The notes under the pieces are model-generated. The model did not search any database. It saw nothing but the letters and a program-made list of their open reading frames with translations, and was not told the DNA's origin. Positions 1 to 7,982 of a DNA stretch of 40,000 bases are shown here, one piece after another. The first letter of the stretch is position 1, and each line of letters opens with the position of its first letter. The stretch covers positions 29,748-69,747 of the forward strand of contig JAIQEU010000008.1 in the NCBI GenBank assembly GCA_020073665.1, read 5' to 3'. Position numbers and translations under genes: made by a program. The DNA is from Terriglobia bacterium. GTDB taxonomy: Bacteria > Acidobacteriota > Terriglobia > Terriglobales > Acidobacteriaceae.

Positions 1-721
1 TGATCAGTGGTGTCCGCGCAGTCGAAGTGACGATCTGACAAGGGCGCAGCCACTCGCGGAGATGGTCTGGCTCACCGATGGTCGCGGAAAGTAGGGCGAT
101 TCGCGGCGGAGACGTTGTAGAAAGAAGCGAAGCGACCAGCAGTTCCAGCGTCGGTCCTCGGTGTGGGTCTCCGAGGAGGTGAGCTTCGTCAATCACGAGA
201 GACCCGATACTCGAAACCCATGCGCCGTTTGCGGGATTTCGCAGGATGGCATCGAGACGCTCAGGAGTCGCAATAATGATTTCGCCTTCAGACGGTGGAG
301 GTGATGAAGGGAACTCCCCATTCAGTCGGTAGTCTCCGGTCGAGATTCGAACCTTCGGGACCTGCTCTAATACGCCCTGACTCAGAGAGGTGAGAAGCTC
401 GGTCAGTTCGTCGGTCTTTTCTTGTGCCAGTGCCCTTAGCGGTTCAAGCAAAACTGCCCGTCGGCCCTGGAAAACGGCATCCAAGAGGATGATGTAGCCG
501 AGTAGACTCTTCCCACTATTTGTGGGAGCGCAAACGATTAGGTGCTGGCGTGATTCGAGGATCCGCGCTTGTTCGAGGGCGAGCTGTTGAACCGGTCGTA
601 GCTGGGAACTTCGTGTGAGCTTCTGGATGATCATGGACCAATGGTCCGAGACCTGCGAAATCCTTTCTCCTCCTTTCGCCGGGACAGGAGATCCGGAGCG
701 ACCGGCATCAAGCCGTCTCAT
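1..721 (-). CDS. SF2 DEAD/DEAH-box helicase (Ski2/Lhr-like), N-terminal part; C-terminus lies beyond the left window edge
   Basis: Absent from the ORF track because there is no stop in the window. My translation of the minus strand from ATG 721..719 gives MRRLDAGRSG...HLIVCAPTNSGKSLLG (motif I), LLEPLRALAQEK (Ia), ATPERLD (Ib), LVIDEAHLL (DEAH, motif II) and LLSATIG (III). The ATG overlaps the TGA of the upstream HTH gene (ATGA at 718-721). The listed 4..192 ORF is an off-frame shadow. Confidence 0.8.
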   Translation of the reverse strand, partial: MRRLDAGRSGSPVPAKGGERISQVSDHWSMIIQKLTRSSQLRPVQQLALEQARILESRQHLIVCAPTNSGKSLLGYIILLDAVFQGRRAVLLEPLRALAQEKTDELTELLTSLSQGVLEQVPKVRISTGDYRLNGEFPSSPPPSEGEIIIATPERLDAILRNPANGAWVSSIGSLVIDEAHLLGDPHRGPTLELLVASLLSTTSPPRIALLSATIGEPDHLREWLRPCQIVTSTARTPLI

Positions 722-1299
722 CTCTCCTCCAGCAGACGACGTAGGGCTGGGTAAAGCTCGCGGATTTCTTCCGTAGGCAGAGCGTCGATACGACGGCGCA
801 GCCAGCTCCGACGGTCTGTCATTGATACGGGTTCCGTTGACAAAAAGATCGGATCCTCGTGGAGATCAGTAATCGGCGGCAGGCCGAAGTACGAGACTAT
901 GTGGCGAAGCGTAGAAGGTTGCGGTTCGAAAGAACCGTTGAGCCAGCGAGAGATTGTTGTTGGGTCGACATTTAACTCGCCCGCAAGGGACTTCTTGCCC
1001 CCATGACCAAGTGACCCCAACAAAAATCGTAGGTTCTCCCGCAAAACGTTGTGCCCCGCATAGGCGAAACCTTGAAATCGCAAGTTTTCAGTCTCATCGG
1101 CCAACTCAAAGGCCCCTCCGATTTTGCGCAGGTCATTGTCTGAAACCTGCTCATCCGCCAATAGCCCTCTAACAAGCGACTTCGCCGTTTGGGGGTCGAG
1201 TGAAGCGCGCCTCGCGAGCCACGAAGTCCACTCAGATCGCGGGACATCGTTCCGATGCAACAGGTATCGCACATTCACCGAAACGTGGTCGCTCATCAA
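718..1299 (-). CDS. Tandem helix-turn-helix (XRE-like) DNA-binding protein, putative regulator of the island
   Basis: 193-aa ORF. The second half, KKSLAGELNVDPTTISRWLNGSFEPQPSTLRHIVSYFGL, fits the XRE/Cro-type HTH pattern. The first half (VNVRYLLHRNDVPRSEW...DPQTAKSLVRGLL) looks like a degenerate second copy. It is translationally coupled to the downstream helicase. Confidence 0.6.
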   Translation of the reverse strand: MMSDHVSVNVRYLLHRNDVPRSEWTSWLARRASLDPQTAKSLVRGLLADEQVSDNDLRKIGGAFELADETENLRFQGFAYAGHNVLRENLRFLLGSLGHGGKKSLAGELNVDPTTISRWLNGSFEPQPSTLRHIVSYFGLPPITDLHEDPIFLSTEPVSMTDRRSWLRRRIDALPTEEIRELYPALRRLLEER

Positions 1300-1315
1300 G
1301 TTCCCTTAGCGTGAC

Positions 1316-1368
1316 GCATATGTAACACTTAATAAATATGCATTTTAGCTTATAATTGCAAATTATAA
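1316..1368. promoter_or_regulatory. Two palindromes in the AT-rich divergent intergenic region; candidate operators or promoter elements
   Basis: GCATAT-N14-ATATGC lies at 1316-1341 and TTATAAT-TGCAA-ATTATAA at 1350-1368. TATAAT hexamers occur at 1351-1356 and 1364-1369. The region sits between the divergent HTH gene (start 1299, minus) and the helicase gene (start 1413, plus). Confidence 0.3.
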
Positions 1369-1412
1369 TAGACATTCTTATGCAGTATGCCGCATCTTGG
1401 AAGTGAGGAACA

Positions 1413-3809
1413 ATGCCTGAGCCGCTTGAGATCGAGTTGAATCCAGCCCAGCGGGAGATCGTCGAGAGGGGCCTCCTTACTAGCGGTTTCAGCTGCGTTC
1501 TTCAAATGCCCACCGGCGCCGGCAAAACATGGCTTGCGGAGCAGGCGATTCTTGCAACGCTCCGTAATGGGCAGCGTGCCGTCTACATTACCCCTCTCCG
1601 CGCACTCGCCAACGAATTGGTAGAGAAGTGGAGGCAAACGTTCGAGGAGTTCGAGGTAGGCGTCTTCACCGGGGAGTATGGCCAGCGCCAGGCGTACCCG
1701 GTCCCATTCTCCAGAGCTCGCTTACTCGTGATGACGCCTGAGCGCCTTGACGCCTGTACGCGTCACTGGCGCAGTCACTGGGGATGGCTACCAGATGTTG
1801 GCCTGCTCGTCGTTGACGAGTTGCATCTGCTTGGCGAAGCTAGGCGAGGACCACGACTTGAAGGGGCAATCCTGAGAGTCCGACGTCTGAATCCGTTCCT
1901 CCAGATCCTTGGACTCTCCGCGACTTTGGGCAATCGATCCGAATTGGCAGACTGGCTGGCCGGAGTGCATTACGAGAGCGACTGGCGCGCAATTCCCGTC
2001 TCATGGCGATGTGTCCGTTACGAGCGAGCCGCCGACAAGCCGCGGATCCTCCGCGAGCAAATCGAACGTTGCATCGCCGGCGGCGGGCAAAGCCTCGTTT
2101 TTGTCCAATCTCGACGCCGAGCAGAAGATCTGGCACTTGAACTCGCCGAATCTGGACTAGCAGCGGGGCATCACCATGCTGGCCTAGACTCCGAGGACCG
2201 GCGACGGCTGGAGCACGAGTATCGCTCCGGTGGCATCCGCGTCCTCGTCTCAACAGGCACCTTAGAGATGGGGCTCAACCTACCAGCCCGCCAGGTCATT
2301 CTTTATGATCTGCAGAGCTTCGATGGTAATGACTTCGTTCCCCTTTCGACCAATACCGTGTGGCAACGCGCTGGGAGAGCGGGTCGTCGTGGCCTCGATA
2401 CTCATGGTGAGGCTGTTCTACTTGCCCCGTCATGGGACCGGAGCGCGGAGCGATACGCAAGAGGGCGGTTCGATCGTGTGCTCTCAGGTCTATCCGACAA
2501 GCACTTCCTCGCAGAACAAGTGCTTGCGGAAGTCTGGAGCGGCCTCGCGAGGACCCGTTCACAACTCAAACGGGCGCTACAGGTGTCACTCGCGGCCCAC
2601 CAGAACCGACTTCCTTCAGTAGACCGAATTGTCGACGAGATGGTTGAAGCTGGGATGATGGTGGAGGTCAATCAAGATGGGTTGCGTAACACGCCTGTCC
2701 TCAAGGAGACGAGACTCGGACGTATTGCAGTCCGACAGATGCTGACCCCCTCGACAGTCGTATCGCTCGCAAAGGCGTTTGGTGCCAACCCCGAAAGGCC
2801 GGAACCTGCGTTTACCTTTCTCGATATCTTGCTGGTCTGCGCTCAGACCGACGACTGCGAACCCCTTATCCCTGTCGACTTCGAGGAACTGGAAGATCTA
2901 GGAGCGCGGCTCGTGCGTGAACACTCGACGTTACTCTCGGGTGCCCACCCAGTAGTGATGGAGAGATTCCAGACTAGGGGACGAAGACTGCTGGCAGTGA
3001 TCAAGACGGCTCTCATCGCCCGGCAGTGGACCCGCACAGGTGACACGGATCCCGTCGCAAAAAGCTTCGGATGCTATGCGTTCGAGGTGCGAAGACTCAG
3101 CGAGAGCTTCGGGAGGCTGCTTTCTGCCGCGACCGCCCTGGCGGCGCCGTCCGGTGAGAAGGATGCCAGTGACGATGAATACGTTCGGGCCCTGCTCGAC
3201 GAAGGTCCGCCCCTGCTCGAGCGCATCAAGGCCTTGGCATCAATGATCGGCAACGGTCTAGACGAACAGACCGTGACTCTCACTTTCATTCCCGGTCTTG
3301 GCGCGAAATTGGCGCGTCGTCTTCGGGACGCGGGAATTACCGACATCGAGGAGTTGGCTCTCGTCGAATCAGATGAGCTAGCGAAAGTGCGCGGTCTCTC
3401 TCGTGACCGGGCGAGTCGGTGGGTTGGCGAAGCAGCCAACCTGATCCGAAGAAGGTCGGCACTTACCTTCCGTGAATTCAGCACAAAGGTGCAGGCCTCG
3501 GTCTCCACTTGGCCAGCTAACATTGATCAGTATCGACTTCGGCGCGCACTTGATCTCACTGTGCGACGGAGGAGTGACTGTTATCTAGTCTCTGGTGGAC
3601 TGGAGCCCCATCGAGTGCGGATGGACTCCGTAAAGTTGTCCTGTGACTGCGCCGACTTCGCAAAAGGGGAGAACTGCAAGCATGTGCTCGCGACAAGCCT
3701 CAAGCGCCGAGATCCTGTTGTTGTTTCACTCGTTGAGCGGCTCAAGACCGTAGCGACTTCGAGCGAGCTCGACCTCTTTCAGCTTTGGTTTGATGGAGGA
3801 AGAAGATGA
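1413..3809 (+). CDS. Ski2/Hel308-like DExH helicase with C-terminal helix-hairpin-helix and SWIM zinc-finger domains
   Basis: 798 aa. Helicase motifs: QMPTGAGKTWLA (I), YITPLRALANE (Ia), VVDELHLL (II), GLSATLGN (III), VSTGTLEMGLNLP (V), WQRAGRAGRRG (VI). GLGAKLARRLRDAGITDIEELA is HhH-like. CDCADFAKGENCKHV matches the SWIM CxC..CxH pattern. A GAGGA Shine-Dalgarno precedes the ATG. Confidence 0.9.
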   Translation: MPEPLEIELNPAQREIVERGLLTSGFSCVLQMPTGAGKTWLAEQAILATLRNGQRAVYITPLRALANELVEKWRQTFEEFEVGVFTGEYGQRQAYPVPFSRARLLVMTPERLDACTRHWRSHWGWLPDVGLLVVDELHLLGEARRGPRLEGAILRVRRLNPFLQILGLSATLGNRSELADWLAGVHYESDWRAIPVSWRCVRYERAADKPRILREQIERCIAGGGQSLVFVQSRRRAEDLALELAESGLAAGHHHAGLDSEDRRRLEHEYRSGGIRVLVSTGTLEMGLNLPARQVILYDLQSFDGNDFVPLSTNTVWQRAGRAGRRGLDTHGEAVLLAPSWDRSAERYARGRFDRVLSGLSDKHFLAEQVLAEVWSGLARTRSQLKRALQVSLAAHQNRLPSVDRIVDEMVEAGMMVEVNQDGLRNTPVLKETRLGRIAVRQMLTPSTVVSLAKAFGANPERPEPAFTFLDILLVCAQTDDCEPLIPVDFEELEDLGARLVREHSTLLSGAHPVVMERFQTRGRRLLAVIKTALIARQWTRTGDTDPVAKSFGCYAFEVRRLSESFGRLLSAATALAAPSGEKDASDDEYVRALLDEGPPLLERIKALASMIGNGLDEQTVTLTFIPGLGAKLARRLRDAGITDIEELALVESDELAKVRGLSRDRASRWVGEAANLIRRRSALTFREFSTKVQASVSTWPANIDQYRLRRALDLTVRRRSDCYLVSGGLEPHRVRMDSVKLSCDCADFAKGENCKHVLATSLKRRDPVVVSLVERLKTVATSSELDLFQLWFDGGRR

Positions 3810-4717
3810 TGGTTTCGGGCAAGCTCCACACATCTCTCAATACTGCACACGGAGCCATCCGACTTCCTGCCTACGTGCCGGTCACCACCTTCGGAGCGAA
3901 ATACCCGTTGGACGACTTGGTGCGTCCATACCTACCTAGACTCGCACAGGCAGCAATGGTCAGCTTTCATTACGCTAGACAAATGACGGAGCGCCCTGCA
4001 CTGCCGCTTTTTGTGGACTCGGGAGGATTCGCCTCCCTCTTCCAGAATGCGACAGTACTAATGGTCGGCGGACTAGGTGTGCTCAAGACGAAGACGGAAG
4101 CCAGCACCGAGACGCTTCATCCTCGCGATGTGCTCGAATTTCAGGAGAAACATGCGGACGTCGCGTTTTCCCTCGACTTCCCGATTCCGCCATCGATGTC
4201 TTCGCACGAAGGTCGCCGACGCCTGGGCCTCACGGTAGCAAATGCCCGCTGGGCTATCGAAAACCGGCGACGTAAGGACATGCCAATCTTTGCCTGCGTA
4301 CAGGGTTGGGACGTCGACAGCTACGCTCAGTGTGTGGAAGCCTACGCCGGACTGCCTTTTGATGGAATAGCGATTGGGGGTCTAGTACCACGCGTGCACG
4401 ATCTCGCCAACGTGCTACGGATCGTTAAGGCCGTTCGTGCCGTAGTGCCGAACAAGCCATTGCACGTGTTCGGTCTTGGTAAACCGGGCATCGTCGAGGT
4501 TCTCTTCAAACACGGCGTGCACTCGGTGGATTCGAGTTCGTATGTGAAACTTGCAGCCGACGGCAGGCTCTGGGGGCACCCCACTATGAAACTTGAAGAT
4601 GCGTCTCCCGCTGAACGACTCAACTTGGCCCTCTGCAATCTTGCTACAGCAGCCCAACGAGCTCTGCCGCTTTCAACTTCGCACCTTTTATTCAGTTCTC
4701 GATTGTGGGAGCAGTAG
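3806..4717 (+). CDS. Short TGT-family transglycosylase paralog (DpdA/ArcTGT-like catalytic core, no Zn-binding tail)
   Basis: 303 aa. All TGT core motifs are present in order: LFVDSGGFASLF (cf. bacterial TGT DSGGFQ), AFSLDFPIPP, GIAIGGLVP, HVFGLGKP, HSVDSSSY (nucleophile-Asp region). No CxCxxC...H motif follows. The start overlaps the helicase stop (ATGA at 3806-3809). Confidence 0.7.
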   Translation: MMVSGKLHTSLNTAHGAIRLPAYVPVTTFGAKYPLDDLVRPYLPRLAQAAMVSFHYARQMTERPALPLFVDSGGFASLFQNATVLMVGGLGVLKTKTEASTETLHPRDVLEFQEKHADVAFSLDFPIPPSMSSHEGRRRLGLTVANARWAIENRRRKDMPIFACVQGWDVDSYAQCVEAYAGLPFDGIAIGGLVPRVHDLANVLRIVKAVRAVVPNKPLHVFGLGKPGIVEVLFKHGVHSVDSSSYVKLAADGRLWGHPTMKLEDASPAERLNLALCNLATAAQRALPLSTSHLLFSSRLWEQ

Positions 4718-4749
4718 TCTGTGGTTGGATCACGGCGGCTCCGACCGAT

Positions 4750-5769
4750 CTACGGATAGCGCAAAGGAACGCCTTTGCCTCCATTGGGCGTCGGGCAATC
4801 CCATCGAAAGTCACAGATCCTGCAGTCCTGATCGCTGATGCACGCTGAATCCGCCGCTGGCCAATGGTTCAACAATCGAGCTTCCTCGATGGCGGCTACC
4901 GTCGTGGTGAATTCACTCATCGCGGCGGCGATGTCGGCGGAACCCAAACCATTAGAGACGCTGATCTCAAGTGTAGCGTTCACGGGCCGAGAAGTTGGGC
5001 AAGTCGGACCGTCAAGCTCACTGAGCAGGTAAATTACAACCTGTTTCGGCAGGATTCCATGCTTCAGCTCGTAGAGCTTTGCATACACCTGCATCTGAAA
5101 TCTATACGTCTGCAAGTCTGAAGGCGTCATGACCACACGGCTCGTTCCTTTGTAGTCCCAGATCTCGCAGTCGCCAGGCCCTGAGCCACCGTTGGGGTCG
5201 TCAACTAACAGATCCACGACCCCGTGCATTATGTGCGTGGTCTGGTCTGCTTGCAGCCGATGCTCCGTATCGCGCACCCTTGGATAGAGAGTCGGTCCTT
5301 CTAGCTTGTCGAAGTACTGCAGAAGCCGGATGACCCGAACCCGCTGATCCCTTGTAATGGCTCTGATGCCCTGGCTTTTGAGGCCGTTCTCGACTTCCAA
5401 GAAGTAACGAACGATCTCGCTTGGGGGGGGAGGCGGGGGGCTACCTGCCTTAAACGCAGCGTCTGCTGAAGTCAGGTAGCTTTCCAGGTCGGAGTCAGGG
5501 ACGACGATACCACCACCGGGCAACGTGCCTTTGGTGTGCGGGTCAGTTACACCATGAAAATGACCGTGGCACCGATCCAAGACCTGATGCAACACCGTTC
5601 CGAAGTACAGCTGGGTCTGGTGTGCCGGTGCGTAATCATGAACGTGCACTGAGCCGTATTGACGAGGGCACTTTCTGAACCCGACGATATCTTGGGTGAC
5701 GCTGTACCGTCGTTTAACAATCGGACCTGGAAGTGGGGTGACTACAACTCCAGAAAATGGTCCTGGCAT
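4750..5769 (-). CDS. Cas4/AddB-like PD-(D/E)XK nuclease with 4-Cys Fe-S cluster signature
   Basis: 339 aa. N-terminal YSVTQDIVGFRKCPRQY. Nuclease motifs GVVDLLV, EIWDYKGT and QMQVYAKLY (QxxxY). C-terminal CRICDFRWDC (C-x2-C-x5-C). A GAGGT SD lies 8 nt after the UvrD stop. Confidence 0.75.
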   Translation of the reverse strand: MPGPFSGVVVTPLPGPIVKRRYSVTQDIVGFRKCPRQYGSVHVHDYAPAHQTQLYFGTVLHQVLDRCHGHFHGVTDPHTKGTLPGGGIVVPDSDLESYLTSADAAFKAGSPPPPPPSEIVRYFLEVENGLKSQGIRAITRDQRVRVIRLLQYFDKLEGPTLYPRVRDTEHRLQADQTTHIMHGVVDLLVDDPNGGSGPGDCEIWDYKGTSRVVMTPSDLQTYRFQMQVYAKLYELKHGILPKQVVIYLLSELDGPTCPTSRPVNATLEISVSNGLGSADIAAAMSEFTTTVAAIEEARLLNHWPAADSACISDQDCRICDFRWDCPTPNGGKGVPLRYP

Positions 5770-5777
5770 GATTTACC

Positions 5778-7982
5778 TCAGATGATTTGGGTACTTCGAC
5801 GAAAAGCTGCATAATCGCGACTGGGTACAGCCACGTGATTCTTCAACTGCGCCGGAGTGGCAACTAGGATCAGCGCGTATTCGGCACGGGAGTACGCAAC
5901 GTAGAGTAGCCGTATGTCATCCTCTATTGCAAGATCCGCCGGCGGTTGCGCGCTCCGCGGGTACAAGTCGTTCCGAAATGGTGCCAGCTCATGCTCCAAT
6001 CGCTGAGCTGCGCCCACTCTGCCCTTATCACCTAGCTGCGCGACGATCACGAACGGAAACTCGAGCCCCTTGGATTGATGGATCGTCATTACGGGCAGAT
6101 ATCCCTGAGGGACGATGACGTCCTCATCTTCGTCGTCATCAATTCCTGCATCAACCAGATAACTTACAAACGTCTGGAAGAAACGCCCCATAAACGCCGG
6201 GTCTATCGACGTCCCTGTGGAATCGGCGCGAAGTGAATCCAAGTTAAAGCTATGGTAGCTGTCAAACAGCCTCGTGAGTTTACCAAGCCGCAAGTTCCTT
6301 GCAGGATCCTGTCGCCAAGTTCGGAACGGCTCCAGCGAAAGGATGCGGAAAAGAATCTCATGAAGAGTGACGTCCAGGAACTTGTCGGGCTTCGCGGCAC
6401 ACTCTTGCTGGAGTGCGACATTGCTCTTCGAAACATAATCGTCAACTTGGTGCCGCACGGTGGGGATGGCCGCGAGCGCCTGATCCAGTGCAGTGATCCA
6501 CGCATTCACGTCGGCGACCCAGTCGGGTGTGTTGCCGTTCGGCAAGCGAATGGTGGTGAACGTATGGTTCCAGTCGATGGTATGGACGAGTACAGCGAGG
6601 AGGCACTGAATCTCCTCGGCCTCCATGAAAGTCTTGGAGCGTGGGTTGTAGACAGGTATCCCTCGAGCGTTAAACGCGGTCAGGTAGGGGCCTGCATTGC
6701 CAGGCGAATCCTTGGCGCTCCGGACAAGAAGCACACATTGACTGTAGTCGGAGATCACACCATCGGCCATTAGGTGATCCCGAAGCAGTAAGGCGACCGC
6801 ATCCGGCAGGTGAGCCGCTCTCGCTCGCGTCAGCCAGCTAACAGCCGGATACGTGCCGGTGATCGCCGACTTCCCGATCACAGGCAACTTGCCTGGTGCG
6901 CGAACGCCGGGACGCCTCATCTCGACGAACGAGTCAATGTAGGCGTTGAAGAAACCAACGATATTCGAATGTGAGCGGTAGTTGTCAACGAGTTGGACCG
7001 GGGTTGGGGACACTCCGAATCCAGCATTGCACGCCTTGTCGAAGTTGACCATGCCGGCCACCGTCCCGCCACGGAACCGATACAAGGCCTGGTCATCATC
7101 CCCGACAACCGTCAGGTTATGTGGCGAACGTCCGGCTAGAGCGAGGTAGATCCGCTCCTGCAGCGGGTTGGTGTCTTGATACTCGTCCACCAGAGTATAG
7201 TTGAGGCAGGGTGTCTTCCCCACGACCCCATCCAGGAGTTGTCGACCTGTTGGTTGCTGCAAGAATTCCAAGAATCGCTGTTGCAGGTGAGCAAAATCAC
7301 AACGGTATCGGCTGTGCAACGCCTGAACGTATTGCTCATAAAGATGAGCAAGCACCGACCAATATCCGCCTGCGCTCTTCATTTGGGCGATATCGACCAC
7401 GTCCTCTACGATGTGGTTGAACAACTCTGCGCCCGCCTTGCCGCGTTTCCATTGGCTCGGAACGTAGTTCTTATCGCGCCAGTCCGGAACCACATAGTCG
7501 AAAAATCGCCAGAAGGCAACGTCCGGATGCTTGGTGATTTGGGAATAAAGGTACACGAAGATGTGCTGTTCGACCTGATCTAACAACCGAACGTTCTGGT
7601 ATCCCGGGTATCGGTACTCCTGAAGAATGTCATTGCACAGGCTATGAATGGTTCCGATTCGCAGATCCGACACGTCAATAGCAGTCAAGCTTGGCTCTGC
7701 AGTACGAAGCGCCGCCATGTAGGAGGCTAGACGATCGGCCAAGTTGCGAGCCGCTTTTACAGTGAAAGTGGTCATCAGGACCGATCGAGGATCGACCCCA
7801 TCCACGCAGAGCAGACGCAAGGCTCGCGTGACCAAGACCTCACTTTTGCCCGAGCCGGGTCCGGCAATCAGCCAGAGGGGACCGGATGGATGGTCCACCG
7901 CCGTGCGCTGGCTGCCGTTGAGTGGATACCCCCGGCCAGATGCGCCGTCAAGAATCTGATGAAAGCCCGCAAGCGGGATCAC
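5778..7982 (-). CDS. UvrD/Rep/PcrA-family SF1 helicase
   Basis: 734 aa. LIAGPGSGKSEVL (Walker A), LVDEYQDTNPLQ (II), VGDDDQALYRFRGG (III), TIHQSKGLEFPFVIV, LLYVAYSRAEYALILV (VI). The GTG start overlaps the stop of the upstream 716-aa gene (GTGA at 7979-7982). Confidence 0.9.
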   Translation of the reverse strand: MIPLAGFHQILDGASGRGYPLNGSQRTAVDHPSGPLWLIAGPGSGKSEVLVTRALRLLCVDGVDPRSVLMTTFTVKAARNLADRLASYMAALRTAEPSLTAIDVSDLRIGTIHSLCNDILQEYRYPGYQNVRLLDQVEQHIFVYLYSQITKHPDVAFWRFFDYVVPDWRDKNYVPSQWKRGKAGAELFNHIVEDVVDIAQMKSAGGYWSVLAHLYEQYVQALHSRYRCDFAHLQQRFLEFLQQPTGRQLLDGVVGKTPCLNYTLVDEYQDTNPLQERIYLALAGRSPHNLTVVGDDDQALYRFRGGTVAGMVNFDKACNAGFGVSPTPVQLVDNYRSHSNIVGFFNAYIDSFVEMRRPGVRAPGKLPVIGKSAITGTYPAVSWLTRARAAHLPDAVALLLRDHLMADGVISDYSQCVLLVRSAKDSPGNAGPYLTAFNARGIPVYNPRSKTFMEAEEIQCLLAVLVHTIDWNHTFTTIRLPNGNTPDWVADVNAWITALDQALAAIPTVRHQVDDYVSKSNVALQQECAAKPDKFLDVTLHEILFRILSLEPFRTWRQDPARNLRLGKLTRLFDSYHSFNLDSLRADSTGTSIDPAFMGRFFQTFVSYLVDAGIDDDEDEDVIVPQGYLPVMTIHQSKGLEFPFVIVAQLGDKGRVGAAQRLEHELAPFRNDLYPRSAQPPADLAIEDDIRLLYVAYSRAEYALILVATPAQLKNHVAVPSRDYAAFRRSTQII

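Noticed and set aside
4-192. 62-aa minus-strand ORF at the left edge
   Set aside because: It is an off-frame shadow. Another minus-strand frame across 1-721 encodes clear helicase motifs I-III.
341-360. GAGATTCGAACCTTCGGG, which resembles a tRNA T-arm and could be an attL remnant for the tRNA-Ser integrase
   Set aside because: It matches the tRNA-Ser 3' segment over only about 8 nt and lies inside an intact helicase coding frame. It is most likely chance.
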